Source: Eledone cirrhosa | Lineage: Eukaryota | Direction of reading: 5' to 3' | Length of the DNA: 64,000 bases | Assembly (NCBI GenBank): GCA_964016885.1 | Contig: OZ024740.1 | Location: 262,198,001-262,262,000 of the forward strand | In this document: piece after piece, positions 1-14,104 of the stretch | Layout: each line of letters starts with the position of its first letter | Numbering within the stretch: the stretch's first letter is position 1 | Notes under the pieces: generated by a model | The model's input: the letters and a program-made list of their open reading frames with translations, nothing else | Database searches by the model: none | What the model was told of the DNA's origin: nothing | Program-made: the position numbers and the translations under genes

Positions 1-56
1 TACTTTTGCATTATTAGGTTATACATCTTAAATTTACCTATTAAATATACACAAAT

Positions 57-245
57 AGGCGGTGGATTGGCAGTATCGGTGGAGGGTCGGACGCTATGCT
101 TTGACGCATAGAGTTACGGCCCTTGCCATTCTGAGTTCGAATCCTGCCGAGATTAACTTTGCCTTTCATCCTTACGGAGTCGATAAAATAAAGTACCATA
201 ATGCACTGGGTAATTGCTGGCCTTGTGCCAAAAAGCGGAAACAAT
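57..245 (+). mobile_element. tRNA-derived SINE (Nin-type core), near full length
   Basis: A-box-like TGGCAGTATCGGT and B-box GAGTTCGAATCC, then core TTTGCCTTTCATCCTTACGGAGTCGATAAAATAAAGTACC and tail AATTGCTGGCCTTGTGCC; many copies in this window. Confidence 0.85.
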
Positions 246-542
246 TAAATATACACTTTCACATTGGACTTGTCAAAATATATACTTTACCCATTTGTAG
301 AGCGTACATACTAGCATTTATTTACTAAAATATAGACTTCACATTAAATTGTTAAATATATATTCATTGACATTAGACTATATTATACGATTTAGGAATT
401 GGCAAATAATTTATATTTTCCCGATATAATATTACTATACATATATTAGATTATTAGAATATAGATCTTAACAGTTAGTTATTAAAATATACACTTTAAC
501 TTTAAACTATTAAAATCTGTAAACGTAGAGAATATTGGGGCA

Positions 543-669
543 CCCACTGATGAATTATAGGAGCCCACTTGAATATATATCTATTGATGGTATACAAGCT
601 TCTACATAAATTGGTATAATTTCACCCTAATTGTAGGAATCCTATAATGAAACGAGACTTCCGTCTGGG
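543..669 (+). ncRNA. Type I hammerhead ribozyme with long stem II insert
   Basis: CCCA-CTGATGA-ATTATAGGA..(~77 nt)..TCCTATAAT-GAAA-CG-AGACTTC-CG-TC-TGGG. Stem I CCCA/TGGG, stem II 9 bp, stem III ACG/CGT, GUC cleavage triplet. Confidence 0.75.
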
Positions 670-1063
670 AAGAGATATATTCGATATGTCTCATATGAAA
701 TAATACAGCCAATTTTCCACGCAATACATTTAGTTAGCACCCCGAACGCTTAATTAGGAATATAATCACTTATTTCCTAATGTTTGTTGAGTGAGTTGGA
801 ATTTGGCCGGAGTATCGCTAAAAAGCTTTGTCCGATCTTGTATTTATTTATATATATATTGTTATACTTGGTGAGGGTCATATTTGTGTAATATTGCCAG
901 AATTAATAACAGAACACACTCACTGTTTGGTTGGTTTTCGCTTTTCGCTTCTGTGTCTTTTATATCGGTAATCTAATTTATTCGGTCCTCAATGTTGCCA
1001 TTGACTGGCCAACGGTCAAAATAATACAGATACAATATAGACACAAACACATATATATAGTTT

Positions 1064-1101
1064 ATCAAAGTTCTTTCGTTGCACATCTGCAACATCATCA
1101 G
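1064..1101 (-). ncRNA. Hammerhead ribozyme core with the 5' strand of stem I lost at a junction
   Basis: Minus strand reads CTGATGA-T-GTTGCA-GATG-TGCAAC-GAAA-GAAC-TT-TGAT; homologous to 54355-54396 and 53015-53056. Confidence 0.65.
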
Positions 1102-1266
1102 AAATGCGCAACCGGTAAAACTTAAAACGAAAACTGAATACTAACCAATACTATTAGTAATTTTACTTATTCCTAATTAAACTATTTTTCACTGGGAATA
1201 ATTTGTCAGCATTTTCTTTTCCTTTTACCAATATATCATAACGCGTGTGTTACACCTCTATTCTTT

Positions 1267-1270
<4 letters not shown>
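1102..1270 (+). mobile_element. Short dispersed repeat ending in (TA)n, probable PLE terminus
   Basis: GAAATGCGCAACCGGTAAAACTT...TTACACCTCTATTCTTTTAA recurs at ~47868-48000 (+), ~51005-51240 (-) and ~51295-51480 (+), each abutting (TA)n. Confidence 0.6.
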
Positions 1271-1360
<90 letters not shown>

Positions 1361-1399
1361 CATATATATATATACACATATATATACATATATATATAC

Positions 1400-1434
<35 letters not shown>

Positions 1435-2035
1435 GTTAGAGAAGCAAAAAATTGCTTATTGTGATCCAGTTCTTGGTTAAGTAAGCCAGTTTCATGGATG
1501 GTTTCAACGTACGGTTAGGGGTAACTCTACAAGTTTGTAAGAATTCTGTTCAATCTTGGAGTATAAAGTATAAAAGAAAAAACACAGGTGAGCATTAAGA
1601 GAAGGATTTTATCCAGGTATTTACGACCGTTTCATTGGTAAGTGCAACCTTATATTGCTATACTGCAAATAGCAGCCACTCAATTATAATTGTTGTTCAC
1701 AGTCCAAATTTTCAAAATAGTAAGTTACTCTTGAAATAATTCTTAATATATCGAGAAAAACATTTATTTGCAATTGTATTTACTAGCATATAGAGAGAGG
1801 ATTCAGAAGGTGAGGGGACAAACGGAATAGTATAGAGAGAGAGAAAGGGGGAAGAGGTAGGAAGTAGAGTAACAAACTGAGATGGAGGGAGGGTAGAGAT
1901 GGAAGGATTCCTTAGTCAGTTTTGATAGCAGACGTCATGTCGCGGAATGTAGTGAGTTAAAGAGTAATAAAATGATCATAGTGTGAGGGATGGATAGAGA
2001 GGGAGAGAGAGAGGAGGGAGATGTAAAGAGATAAT
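1435..2035 (-). mobile_element. Noncoding insert X between (TA)n tracts; inverted copy at 4938-5386
   Basis: ~1588-2033 is the reverse complement of ~4938-5386 with few substitutions; contains an HHR-like 3' half, GAAACGGTCGTA. Confidence 0.65.
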
Positions 2036-2056
2036 ATATATATATATATATATATA

Positions 2057-2407
<351 letters not shown>

Positions 2408-2647
2408 AAATAAAGATAAAGATAATAATGAAAAAAATAAAAGCAAAGGAAGGAGTGAGAAAGAAGAAAAGAAAAGATAGCCAAGAAGGGGAGGGAGGGA
2501 AGGAAGGAAGAAAACGAAGAAATAGAAGAGGAATGAGGGAGAAGAGGGGGATATCTGTATTGGTTTTGTGGGTAATTAAAAGTGTTTAGATACAGCAAGA
2601 GGGTATAAAGTCTAAGTATATGCAGTTTGTCAGTTGGTAGTAAGAGG

Positions 2648-3793
2648 TTAAGGGTTCGATTGGTAGTGCGAAAACTTCTCTTTGAGTCTATGGTTACAAT
2701 AAATTGATCTTTCGATTTTATTGTTAAGTAACTTATTCTTCGAACTTAAGATGTGGAACAGCTCAAGGTCGCATAATTGACAGCTACTCATACCACTCCG
2801 ATATGGGGGCGCGTTCGATAATTTTTTCCACTTCAAGGTGTATTGATGGTTACTTTCCCTCAGTTGCCAGGTCTTGTTTGCAAGGGTAGTTACATAACGG
2901 TGCTGGGAATGTTTCATTGCGTAACGGTGTGTATACCAACGAGCTTTAAATGTATTCCCAGTCGCTCCGATGTAATACCATTTCTGTTTGTCTGATTCTA
3001 CTGTGCATTGGTAAACCAGGTTAGACTGCATGCATTCATTATGTAATGGACAGGTTTCAGGTAGGTGGCAGTTACATTTCTTGTCATGGGCAACTTTGGC
3101 ATTATTTGTGGGCTGCGATGCCTGTACAAGTGTGTTACGTTTTGTTTGCCTATTAGCGGGTGGTTGTGTATTAGATATTCTGTTGTGTTCGGTGGTGATT
3201 GTATTGTTATTGTCGTAAATTTGTGTTTTGGTGTTGTTATGTATCTTTTTAGCGTTAAGCATCTTAATGTGTGCTTCTATAGTTGGTGCCGTGGAGTAAG
3301 ATAGTCTAATAGATTTAGTGTTAAGGATTTTGCTGTATCTATGTGAATCTGGAAAGTGCTTATTTATTATTCTAAAGAAGGTAGAGGGTAGGTTAGTACT
3401 AATAGAGGTGTTAAATATGGGGTTATACCAAATATATTTTCTACTGCGTGACTTGTTTGATTTCGATGTTGTATTTCTATTTACCGTATACTTTGCAGTT
3501 CTATGAGTAAGTGCGTGTGTGCGTGTGTTACCGGAGTTTGTGTTATGCGTGTTCTTGTGCGCTTCACGGAGGCTTTCATCTATATATTCTACTCTATCTA
3601 AGTGTCCTGCCTTGTCTAATGCGGTATTGTAGTATTCTGCGTGTTCTTCGAAGATTTGTCGGTTAGACGAGAGGCGGGAGATCCTACGGGATATGCTTCG
3701 TGGAATGGATTTAATTATGGATAGTGGGTGGTTTGAGTTACAGTTGATGTATGCTAAGTTTTCATTAATGTTGTGAAAAGGTCTTATAACAGA
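2648..3793 (-). mobile_element. Penelope-like element ORF, 5'-truncated: RT thumb, linker and GIY-YIG endonuclease (Hydra-like)
   Basis: NSNHPLSIIKSIP, YIWYNPIFN..IINKHFPDSH, CNCHLPETCPL (CxCx5C), NLVY..YYIG..FKARW, CQLC..YCNH; frame open for ~380 codons. Confidence 0.92.
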
Positions 3794-3826
3794 CATAAGA
3801 GACGACGAGAAAAGGTCTTATAACAG

Positions 3827-4915
3827 GACATAACAGACGACGAGATAAAAATCATATTAGCTGCTAGTAAAACAATAATTAAATTTGAAAACGCCTATTG
3901 GGAACGTAAGGATAGATTAAATAACTTTGACATCACGATGGGAACTAACGACTCGGCTCAAGTCACAGATTTACTAGGTATTTACATAGCCCATAGTTTA
4001 CAAAGTGAGTTTAGCGACCTTCACGGTGGAATCTACAGAGACGACGCTCTTCTCCTAGTTAAGAAGCTAAATAACCAGAGCATAGAAAGACTCCGTAAGA
4101 ATATTAGACAGACTCGCGGAAAACTAGGCCTTAGCATAACGTATGAGTATAGCACTAAACCAGTTAACTTTCTAGACGTGACGCTTAAGCTAAATACGGG
4201 ACTTATAAGACCTTTTCACAAGATTAATGAAAACTTAGCATACATCAACTGTAACTCAAACCACCCACTATCCATAATTAAATCCATTCCACGCAGCATA
4301 TCCCTTAGGATCTCCTGCCTCTCGTCTAACCGACAAATCTTCGAAGAACACGCAGAATACTACAATACCGCATTAGACAAGGCAGGCCACTTAGATTGAA
4401 TAGAATATATAGATGAAAGCCTCCGTGAAGCGCACAAGAACACGCGTAACACAAACTCCGGTAACACACGCACACACGCACTTACGCATAGAACTGCAAA
4501 GTATACGGCAAATAGAAATACAACATCGAAATCAAACAAGTCACGCAGTAGAAAATATATTTGATATAACCCCATGTTTAACACCTCTATTAGTACTAAC
4601 CTATCCTCTACCTTCTTTAGAATAATAAATAAGCACTTTCCAGATTCACATAGATACAGCAAAATCCTTAACACTAAATCTATTAGACTATCTTACTCCA
4701 CGGCACCAAATATAGAGGCACACATTAAGATGCTTAACGCTAAAAAGATACATAACAACACCAAAACACAAATTTACGACAATAACAATACAATCACCAC
4801 CGAACACAACAGAATATCTAATACACAACCACCCGCTATTAGGCAAACAAAACGTAACACAAGTGTACAGGCATCGCAGCCCACAAATAATGCCAAAGTT
4901 GCCCATGACAAGAAA
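3827..4915 (+). pseudogene. Inverted arm of the same PLE: RT motifs 4-7 and linker, with stops
   Basis: FDITMGTNDSAQVTDLLGIY, GIYRDD catalytic motif, VNFLDVTL. ~4203-4915 is the reverse complement of ~3077-3791. In-frame TGAs at ~4397 and ~4562. Confidence 0.9.
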
Positions 4916-4937
4916 TTTTATATATATATATATATAT

Positions 4938-5390
4938 ATTTATCTCTTTATATCTTCCCCCTCTCTCTCTCCCTCTCTATCCATCCCTCCCATTATGATC
5001 AATTTAATTCTCTTTAATTCACTACATTCCACGACATGAAGTCTGCTATCAAAACTGACCAAGGAATCCTTCCATCTCTACCCTCCCTCCATCTCAGTTT
5101 GTTACTCTACTTCCTACCTCTTCCCCTTTCTCTCTCTCTATACTATTCCGTTTGTCCCCTCACCTTCTGAATCCTCTCTCTATATACTAGTAAATACAAT
5201 TCCAAATAAATGTTTTTCTCTATATATTAAGAATTATTTCAAGAGTAACTTACTATTTTGAAAATTTGGACTGTGAACAACAATTATAATTGAGTGGCTG
5301 CTATTTGCAGTATAGCAATATAAGGTTGCACTTACCAATGAAACGGTGTAAATACCTGGATAAAATCCTTCTCTTAATGCTCACCTATGA
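4938..5390 (+). mobile_element. Insert X, inverted copy
   Basis: Reverse complement of ~1588-2033, flanked by (TA)n. Confidence 0.65.
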
Positions 5391-5407
5391 TATCTCTTTT
5401 ATATATA

Positions 5408-5453
<46 letters not shown>

Positions 5454-5577
5454 GTATATATATATATACACACATATATATATATAGTATATATATATAT
5501 ATAGTATATATATATATACACACACATATATATATATATATGTATATATATATACTTATATATATATGTATATATAC

Positions 5578-5610
<33 letters not shown>

Positions 5611-5705
5611 AGTATATATATGTATATATATACATATATATTTATATATATATATGTATATACATATACATATATATATATATATATATATACTTATATA
5701 TATAT

Positions 5706-5778
<73 letters not shown>

Positions 5779-5810
5779 AATATATGTATATATATATGTA
5801 TATATATATG

Positions 5811-5891
<81 letters not shown>

Positions 5892-5971
5892 ATATATATA
5901 GATATATATATATAAATATATATATATGTATATATATATATTAACATATATATACTTATATATATATATAT

Positions 5972-6270
5972 GAAAAATAAGATGGCGTGGGACAGAACAA
6001 ATGAGAGGGACAAAAACAAAGAAAAGAATCCTCAGTCACTGAAGAGGTCACAGAATGTGTGACGAAAGAACTTTGACAATATATAAACAACCATCTGGTT
6101 GTGGAACCAACCAAGCAACCGGAAATTTATAACTTTATTATAATAAATTGAAGTGAAAGTAACTGGTGCGTGTGTTCCTTATTGGCAACATGACACTCCC
6201 AAAGTATAACAATATCGGTTAAAACACACGTTTTCAGATAAAGAATCTTGCTAAACAAATTCAGAAACGA
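5972..6270 (+). mobile_element. PLE 3' end/pLTR fragment (family Z) with HHR at 6035-6077
   Basis: GTCA-CTGAAGA-G-GTCAC-AGAATGT-GTGAC-GAAA-GAAC-TT-TGAC. The same sequence follows the GIY-YIG ORF at 61442-61765. Confidence 0.8.
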
Positions 6271-6289
6271 AATACATATATATATATAT

Positions 6290-6820
6290 TTACCTAAACT
6301 GCGATTCTGTTTTTTTCTCTCTCTCTCTCTTACTGCTCCCTCATTCTCTCTGTTTCTCCTACTTTCTTTTGCCCCCACTGTCATGTCAGTTAACTCTTCC
6401 TCACACTTCCACTCACTGACTCACTGTTTCTCCTCTCCTCACTTCACACCGTTCGCGACGAAGGCAATTTCTCTCTTTCTCACATTGCATTCGTTCGCGA
6501 AAGGTCTTTTTTCTAAGCGCTCATATATTCACCTAGCTTATGCTAACAGAATAATTATGAAGCTTGTTTCCTTCCTTCTACGGTTAGCTCTACTCTTTGT
6601 TGTTATCCTGTCTCACTCGCTTTACGCGTTTTAATTGTCCTAATAACTTAATTTAGTTATTATTGCACCGACGTGAGGTATATGATTTTTAATGCAATGA
6701 AATATCTATGATCGTCGGCAAATCACTGATGAGGGACTTATTTTATTACATGTTATCCATGTGCTACCAGAAGTATTTCTCTCCCCATTTTATCACATAT
6801 ATTTACCTACTGGGATTCTG

Positions 6821-6873
<53 letters not shown>

Positions 6874-7340
6874 TGCTCCCTCATTCTCTCTGTTTCTCCT
6901 ACTTTCTTTCGCCCCCTCTGTCATGTCAGTTAACTCTTCCTCACACTTCCACTCACTCACTCACTCACTGTTTCTCCTCTCCTCACTTCACCCCGTTCGC
7001 GACGAAGGCAATTTCTCTCTTTCTCACATTGCATTCGTTCGCGAAAGGTCTTTTTTCTAAGCGCTCATATATTCACCTAGCTTATGCTAACAGAATAGCT
7101 ATGAAGCTTGTTTCCTTCCTTCTACGGTTAGCTCTACTTTTTGTTGTTATCCTATCTCACTCGCTTTACGCGTTTTAATTGTCCTAATAACTTAATTTAG
7201 TTATTATTGCACCGACGTGAGGTATATGATATTTAATGCAATGAAATATCTATGATCGTCGGCAAATCACTGATGAGGGACTTATTTTATTACATGTTAT
7301 CCATGTGCTACCAGCAGTATTTTTCTCCCCATTTTATCAT
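6290..7340 (+). repeat. Tandem dimer of a ~515-545 nt noncoding unit, flanked by (TA)n
   Basis: 6290-6800 and 6803-7340 are near-identical, differing mainly in (CT)n length. Confidence 0.85.
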
Positions 7341-7365
7341 ATATATATATGTATATATATATATG

Positions 7366-7483
<118 letters not shown>

Positions 7484-7851
7484 TATGTACACGTACATAC
7501 ATATATGTATACAGACGTACAGTAGTATGTATATACATACGTGCACACATATATATATATATATACGTATGGATTCACCGAACATTTATTATAATGCTCG
7601 GTGTGTTTGTAAACAAACATCCCGTATTAAGCCGTAGTGTCTAGCAACCATCGTTGCTCGTTTGTTCAACACTGACAAAGGAACGCTGTACTAGTTTCAA
7701 GCTTATTAGCTATTATCAGCAACGTATACCTTCCTGCCAGATTGTTGAACGTCTGAAAGCATATACTTTTCTTATGCATATTAACGGCTGAGTAGCCCAA
7801 TTTGCATATCGAGTGAGTTAATCGGCCGGTTGCACCGAAAACGATATATAT

Positions 7852-8023
<172 letters not shown>

Positions 8024-8069
8024 ACCTATATATATTTATATATATATATATATATAAATATATATAGGT

Positions 8070-8130
<61 letters not shown>

Positions 8131-8134
<4 letters not shown>

Positions 8135-8688
8135 AAGTTATATTTAAAATTGTTGGGTTACAACTAGTAAATATTTATAACTGATATAAACGCACTCGAC
8201 AAATATTTGGAGTATATTTACAATATTAAATAAATGGAAAACTATATTTATAAAACCATATTTATTTCATTATATATATTTCGGGGATATCATATTAACA
8301 ATATGCTATGCCTTCATCAGACAAAATACAATATAAACAGTTTTATAGATAAATATATTCGACATACCGTAATAAACATCAACTTCATTTGAAGAGGTTT
8401 ACGCTAGCAGTGAAAATACAGAGAGAAAGAAAGAGAGAAAGGAAAGAGGGAAAAAAGAAAGAAAGAAAGACAAAACGAAGAAAAGGAAGAAAAAGAAGAA
8501 AAAGAAAAAGAAGAAATGCATGGAACAAAATAGAGAGATGGAAAAATAGATAAAGCGAAGAGCTTCATGTAAAGAGACAGAAAGATGTATATATATATAG
8601 AGAGAGAGGAAATAGAGATAGATACATATATATATATAGAAAATTAGGTAGTGGGAGGTCATTTTGAGTAAGTGTATCAATGATACAT

Positions 8689-8727
<39 letters not shown>

Positions 8728-10141
8728 GCTCAAGTATTAATGTAAGGGAGATATATAGAGAGATATAGAGAGATATAGAGAGAGAAAAAAAAAAAAAAAA
8801 AAAATTAAAAATAGCCAGACATATTCGAGGCGTAGAAAACCCTATGTTTTAATGTATTAGTATTTATAAAACTTACACTATATTGTAAATATCAGTATTC
8901 CTGAATGAAACAAGTATTCACAATGTGTGAAAATTCATTATCTTATGTTTAGTTTTAAAAAATTCATATGTCTATGTGACAGCTACAAACATAAATGTGA
9001 ATCCAACTGATTCACTCCGCACACTCTAAATTACCGGAAAACATTCTCAATGTGGTATAAAAATTTGAGCGTATTATTATTCTTGCGATTACTCTACAAG
9101 ATTATCTATCAAGCAGAAATAGAGAGCAGATTTCAATATACTAATCGAAAATATATATTATATTATAAACAAAGATAACAATAATAATAATAATAAGTAA
9201 AAATATATAAAAATATAGAATAGAAAACTAAAAAAATATTACGAAAGAATATTACATAATAAAAATATTGCATATTAAAAATACTACGTATTAAAAAATA
9301 TTACGTATTAAAAATTTACATATAAAAATATTAAAAATAAAATAAAAAATAAAAATATTATAGAATACTACAATACTAGGAATAAAAATAAAAATAAAAA
9401 TAAATAAAAATGAAAATAAAAATAAACCACAAAGTTCTTTGTGGTTTATTTTTATTTTCATTTTTATTTATTTTTATTTTTATTTTTATTCCTAGTATTG
9501 TAGTATTCTATAATATTTTTATTTTTTATTTTATTTTTAATATTTTTATATGTAAATTTTTAATACGTAATATTTTTTAATACGTAGTATTTTTAATATG
9601 CAATATTTTTATTATGTAATATTCTTTCGTAATATTTTTTTAGTTTTCTATTCTATATTTTTATATATTTTTACTTATTATTATTATTATTGTTATCTTT
9701 GTTTATAATATAATATATATTTTCGATTAGTATATTGAAATCTGCTCTCTATTTCTGCTTGATAGATAATCTTGTAGAGTAATCGCAAGAATAATAATAC
9801 GCTCAAATTTTTATACCACATTGAGAATGTTTTCCGGTAATTTAGAGTGTGCGGAGTGAATCAGTTGGATTCACATTTATGTTTGTAGCTGTCACATAGA
9901 CATATGAATTTTTTAAAACTAAACATAAGATAATGAATTTTCACACATTGTGAATACTTGTTTCATTCAGGAATACTGATATTTACAATATAGTGTAAGT
10001 TTTATAAATACTAATACATTAAAACATAGGGTTTTCTACGCCTCGAATATGTCTGGCTATTTTTAAATTATTATTTTTTTTTTTCTCTCTCTATATCTCT
10101 CTATATCTCTCTATATATCTCCCTTACATTAATACTTGAGC

Positions 10142-10180
<39 letters not shown>

Positions 10181-10650
10181 ATGTATCATTGATACACTTA
10201 CTCAAAATGACCTCCCACTACCTAATTTTCTATATATATATATGTATCTATCTCTATTTCCTCTCTCTCTATATATATATATATCTTTCTGTCTCTTTAC
10301 ATGAAGCTCTTCGCTTTATCTATTTTTCCATCTCTCTATTTTGTTCCATGCATTTCTTCTTTTTCTTTTTCTTCTTTTTCTTCCTTTTCTTCGTTTTGTC
10401 TTTCTTTCTTTCTTTTTTCCCTCTTTCCTTTCTCTCTTTCTTTCTCTCTGTATTTTCACTGCTAGCGTAAACCTCTTCAAATGAAGTTGATGTTTATTAC
10501 GGTATGTCGAATATATTTATCTATAAAACTGTTTATATTGTATTTTGTCTGATGAAGGCATAGCATATTGTTAATATGATATCCCCGAAATATATATAAT
10601 GAAATAAATATGGTTTTATAAATATAGTTTTCCATTTATTTAATATTGTA
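8131..10650. mobile_element. ~2.5 kb fold-back PLE 3' region; HHRs at 8263-8328 (-) and 10541-10606 (+)
   Basis: Arms ~8219-9432 and ~9435-10650 are near-identical, with centre AAACCACAAAG-TT-CTTTGTGGTTT. HHR: TATTTTGT-CTGATGA..GAAA-TATATA-TA-ATGAAATA. Flanked by (TA)n. Confidence 0.85.
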
Positions 10651-10666
10651 TATATATATATATATA

Positions 10667-11270
10667 TTTGTATTTATCTCCAGTCTTTAGCTATTGATCA
10701 GTTAATTCTATTGATTTTTTAGTTGATCTTATTGACTGATGAATAACTCATGTTAATTTTAACCCGTCTGTTGAGAACTCTAATTCGATATGTGATATTT
10801 TGTATTTTTACAATAATATACACTACTGAATTCATTCGCCTAATATAGGGGTTCCCTCCCTTGCTAGACCCCACGTGGATTTAGTAACGGGTTCCCTTGT
10901 ATATTTGAACGAAACGCCTGTTAGAAAAAGTGGTTTCCTCGTTCATCATTCTACCAGAAGCCGGATATTTTTTATGTAGGCTGACGGTAACTGATTTAGG
11001 AGCCGCAGAAATCAAAATGCTAGAATTTACCATCTTTCTAGCGGGTCCGGGTAAAGATTTTTCATCCATATGTATTATTATTTGTCTGACCCGAATTTTC
11101 ATGGTCGTTTTTCGTCTGTGCGAATGATTTCAAGCATTGTCTGAGTGTGTTGCTATTTAAACGTTAGTTATAGCTCTTGTTTATCCAAACTATTGAGCAC
11201 TTTGCCACGCATTTTGAAGATTATGTTTCGTTATTTTGTAGGCCGAGATTCCGATTCTCGATAATTTATT

Positions 11271-11275
<5 letters not shown>
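10667..11275 (+). mobile_element. ~600-nt noncoding element W, copy A
   Basis: Flanked by (TA)n; near-identical to 11647-12256; diverged homologs at 13137-13810 (-) and 59563-60208 (+). Confidence 0.75.
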
Positions 11276-11329
<54 letters not shown>

Positions 11330-11390
11330 TTATATATAGGTACATATATATATATATGTATATATATATATGTATATATATGTACCTATA

Positions 11391-11496
<106 letters not shown>

Positions 11497-11497
11497 C

Positions 11498-11583
<86 letters not shown>

Positions 11584-11591
11584 ATATAGGT

Positions 11592-11646
<55 letters not shown>

Positions 11647-11651
<5 letters not shown>

Positions 11652-12253
11652 ATTTATCTCCAGTCTTTAGCTATTGATCAGTTAATTCTATTGATTTTTT
11701 AGTTGATCTTATTGACTGATGAATAGCTCATGTTAATTTTAACCCGTCTGTTGAGAACTCTAATTCGATATGTGATATTTTCTATTTTTACAATAATATA
11801 CACTACTGAATTCATTCGCCTAATATAGGGGTTCCCTCCCTTGCTAGACCCCACGTGGATTTAGTAACGGGTTCCCTTGTATATTTGAACGAAACGCCTG
11901 TTAGAAAAAGTGGTTTCCTCGTTCATCATTCTACCAGAAGCCGGATATTTTTTATGTAGGCTGACGGTAACTGATTTAGGAGCCGCAGAAACCAAAATGC
12001 TAGAATTTACCATCTTTCTAGCGGGTCTGGGTAAAGATTTTTCATCCATATGTATTATTATTTGTCTGACCCGAATTTTCTTGGTCGTTTTTTCGTCTGT
12101 GCGAATGATTTCAAGCATTGTCTGAGTGTGTTGCTATTTAAACGTTAGTTATAGCTCTGGTTTATCCAAACTATTGAGCCCTTTGCCACGCATTTTGAAG
12201 ATTGTGTTTCGTTATTTTGTAGGCCGAGATTCCGATTCTCGATAATTTATTTG

Positions 12254-12256
<3 letters not shown>
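11647..12256 (+). mobile_element. Element W, copy B (local tandem duplication)
   Basis: Near-identical to 10667-11275, and the adjacent microsatellite interruptions are duplicated too. Confidence 0.75.
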
Positions 12257-12313
<57 letters not shown>

Positions 12314-12367
12314 TATAGGTACATATATATATGTATATATATATGTATATATATATATGTACCTATA

Positions 12368-12418
<51 letters not shown>

Positions 12419-12434
12419 GTGTATATATTTATGC

Positions 12435-13132
<698 letters not shown>

Positions 13133-13136
13133 ATAT

Positions 13137-13810
13137 ATACAAGTAAAAATTAGCGAGAATCGAATTTCAGCCCATGAAATAACGAGAAAACAATTTCGAA
13201 TTGTGAGGCAAGCGCTCTATAATTCAAATGAATTAGAGCTTACAACTTACGTTAAAGGCCAAACACACTGATATGGTGGTTAAACTAATTATCCACACAG
13301 CGAAGATTCGATCTCTATTTCGTGTCAAACAGATATACAGATATAAAAATATATGAAAGTATACATGTTTGATACTCACCCGCACCCCTGGAATGATGGT
13401 AAATCCAGTGTTGGGGTTTCTGCGGCTCCATAAGTCATTTACTGTCCACCTACATAAAGGATGTTAAGTTCTCATATCCTGACTGAACTAGGAGTACGCG
13501 TTATCAACGGGATTCATTTCGAAAGACCACATAGATGTGTCTGTAACTGACCCCACGTGGGGTTCAGCAAGGGAGGCAACACCTAAATTAGGCGATTGAA
13601 TTCATCTGTGTATAATATTGCGAAAATCCAAAATATCACAAATCGAATGAAGCTCTCGACAGAGTGGTTAAATATAACAAAGCTATTCGGCAGTCAATAG
13701 AATAGACCAAAACCAGTCAATAAAATTAACTGGCCAATAGCTAGACTCTGGAGATTAATACAAGTAAAAATTAGCGAGAATCGAATTTCAGCCCATGAAA
13801 TAACGAGAAA
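13137..13810 (-). mobile_element. Element W, copy C, with a 53-nt terminal direct repeat
   Basis: ATACAAGTAAAAATTAGCGAGAATCGAATTTCAGCCCATGAAATAACGAGAAA at 13137-13189 and 13758-13810. Confidence 0.75.
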
Positions 13811-13811
13811 T

Positions 13812-13895
<84 letters not shown>

Positions 13896-13953
13896 CGTTT
13901 CTGAATTTGTACATATTTATACACACACACTATGTACATATGTACATATTTAT

Positions 13954-14008
<55 letters not shown>

Positions 14009-14049
14009 CGAAACATAAGTCAATTGCATGTACTCATAATCCTTTATTT

Positions 14050-14104
14050 ACTGCTATATATTTTCGATGATAGCCATTGAATGGCTATGACCTCATAAGG
14101 CAGT
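14050..14104 (-). ncRNA. Hammerhead ribozyme with a mutated core (CTTATGA)
   Basis: ACTGC-CTTATGA-GGTCATAGCCA-TTCAA-TGGCTATCATC-GAAA-ATATA-TA-GCAGT. The stems are intact; the G5>U change is likely inactivating. Confidence 0.6.

Noticed and set aside
62-160. tRNA gene
   Set aside because: The A/B boxes belong to a SINE head; there is no complete cloverleaf and it is followed by the SINE core in many diverged copies.
4397-4564. In-frame TGA codons as selenocysteine, as reported for some Naiad PLEs
   Set aside because: They align to Arg and Trp in the intact inverted arm, so they are nonsense mutations.
8399-10470. Duplicate 93-aa hydrophobic ORFs on opposite strands
   Set aside because: They are a by-product of the palindrome and CT-rich low-complexity UTR sequence.
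10736-10800. CTGATGA in element W as a hammerhead core
   Set aside because: No properly placed GAAA or stem III, and the motif is not conserved in other copies (CTGCCGA, GTGATGA).
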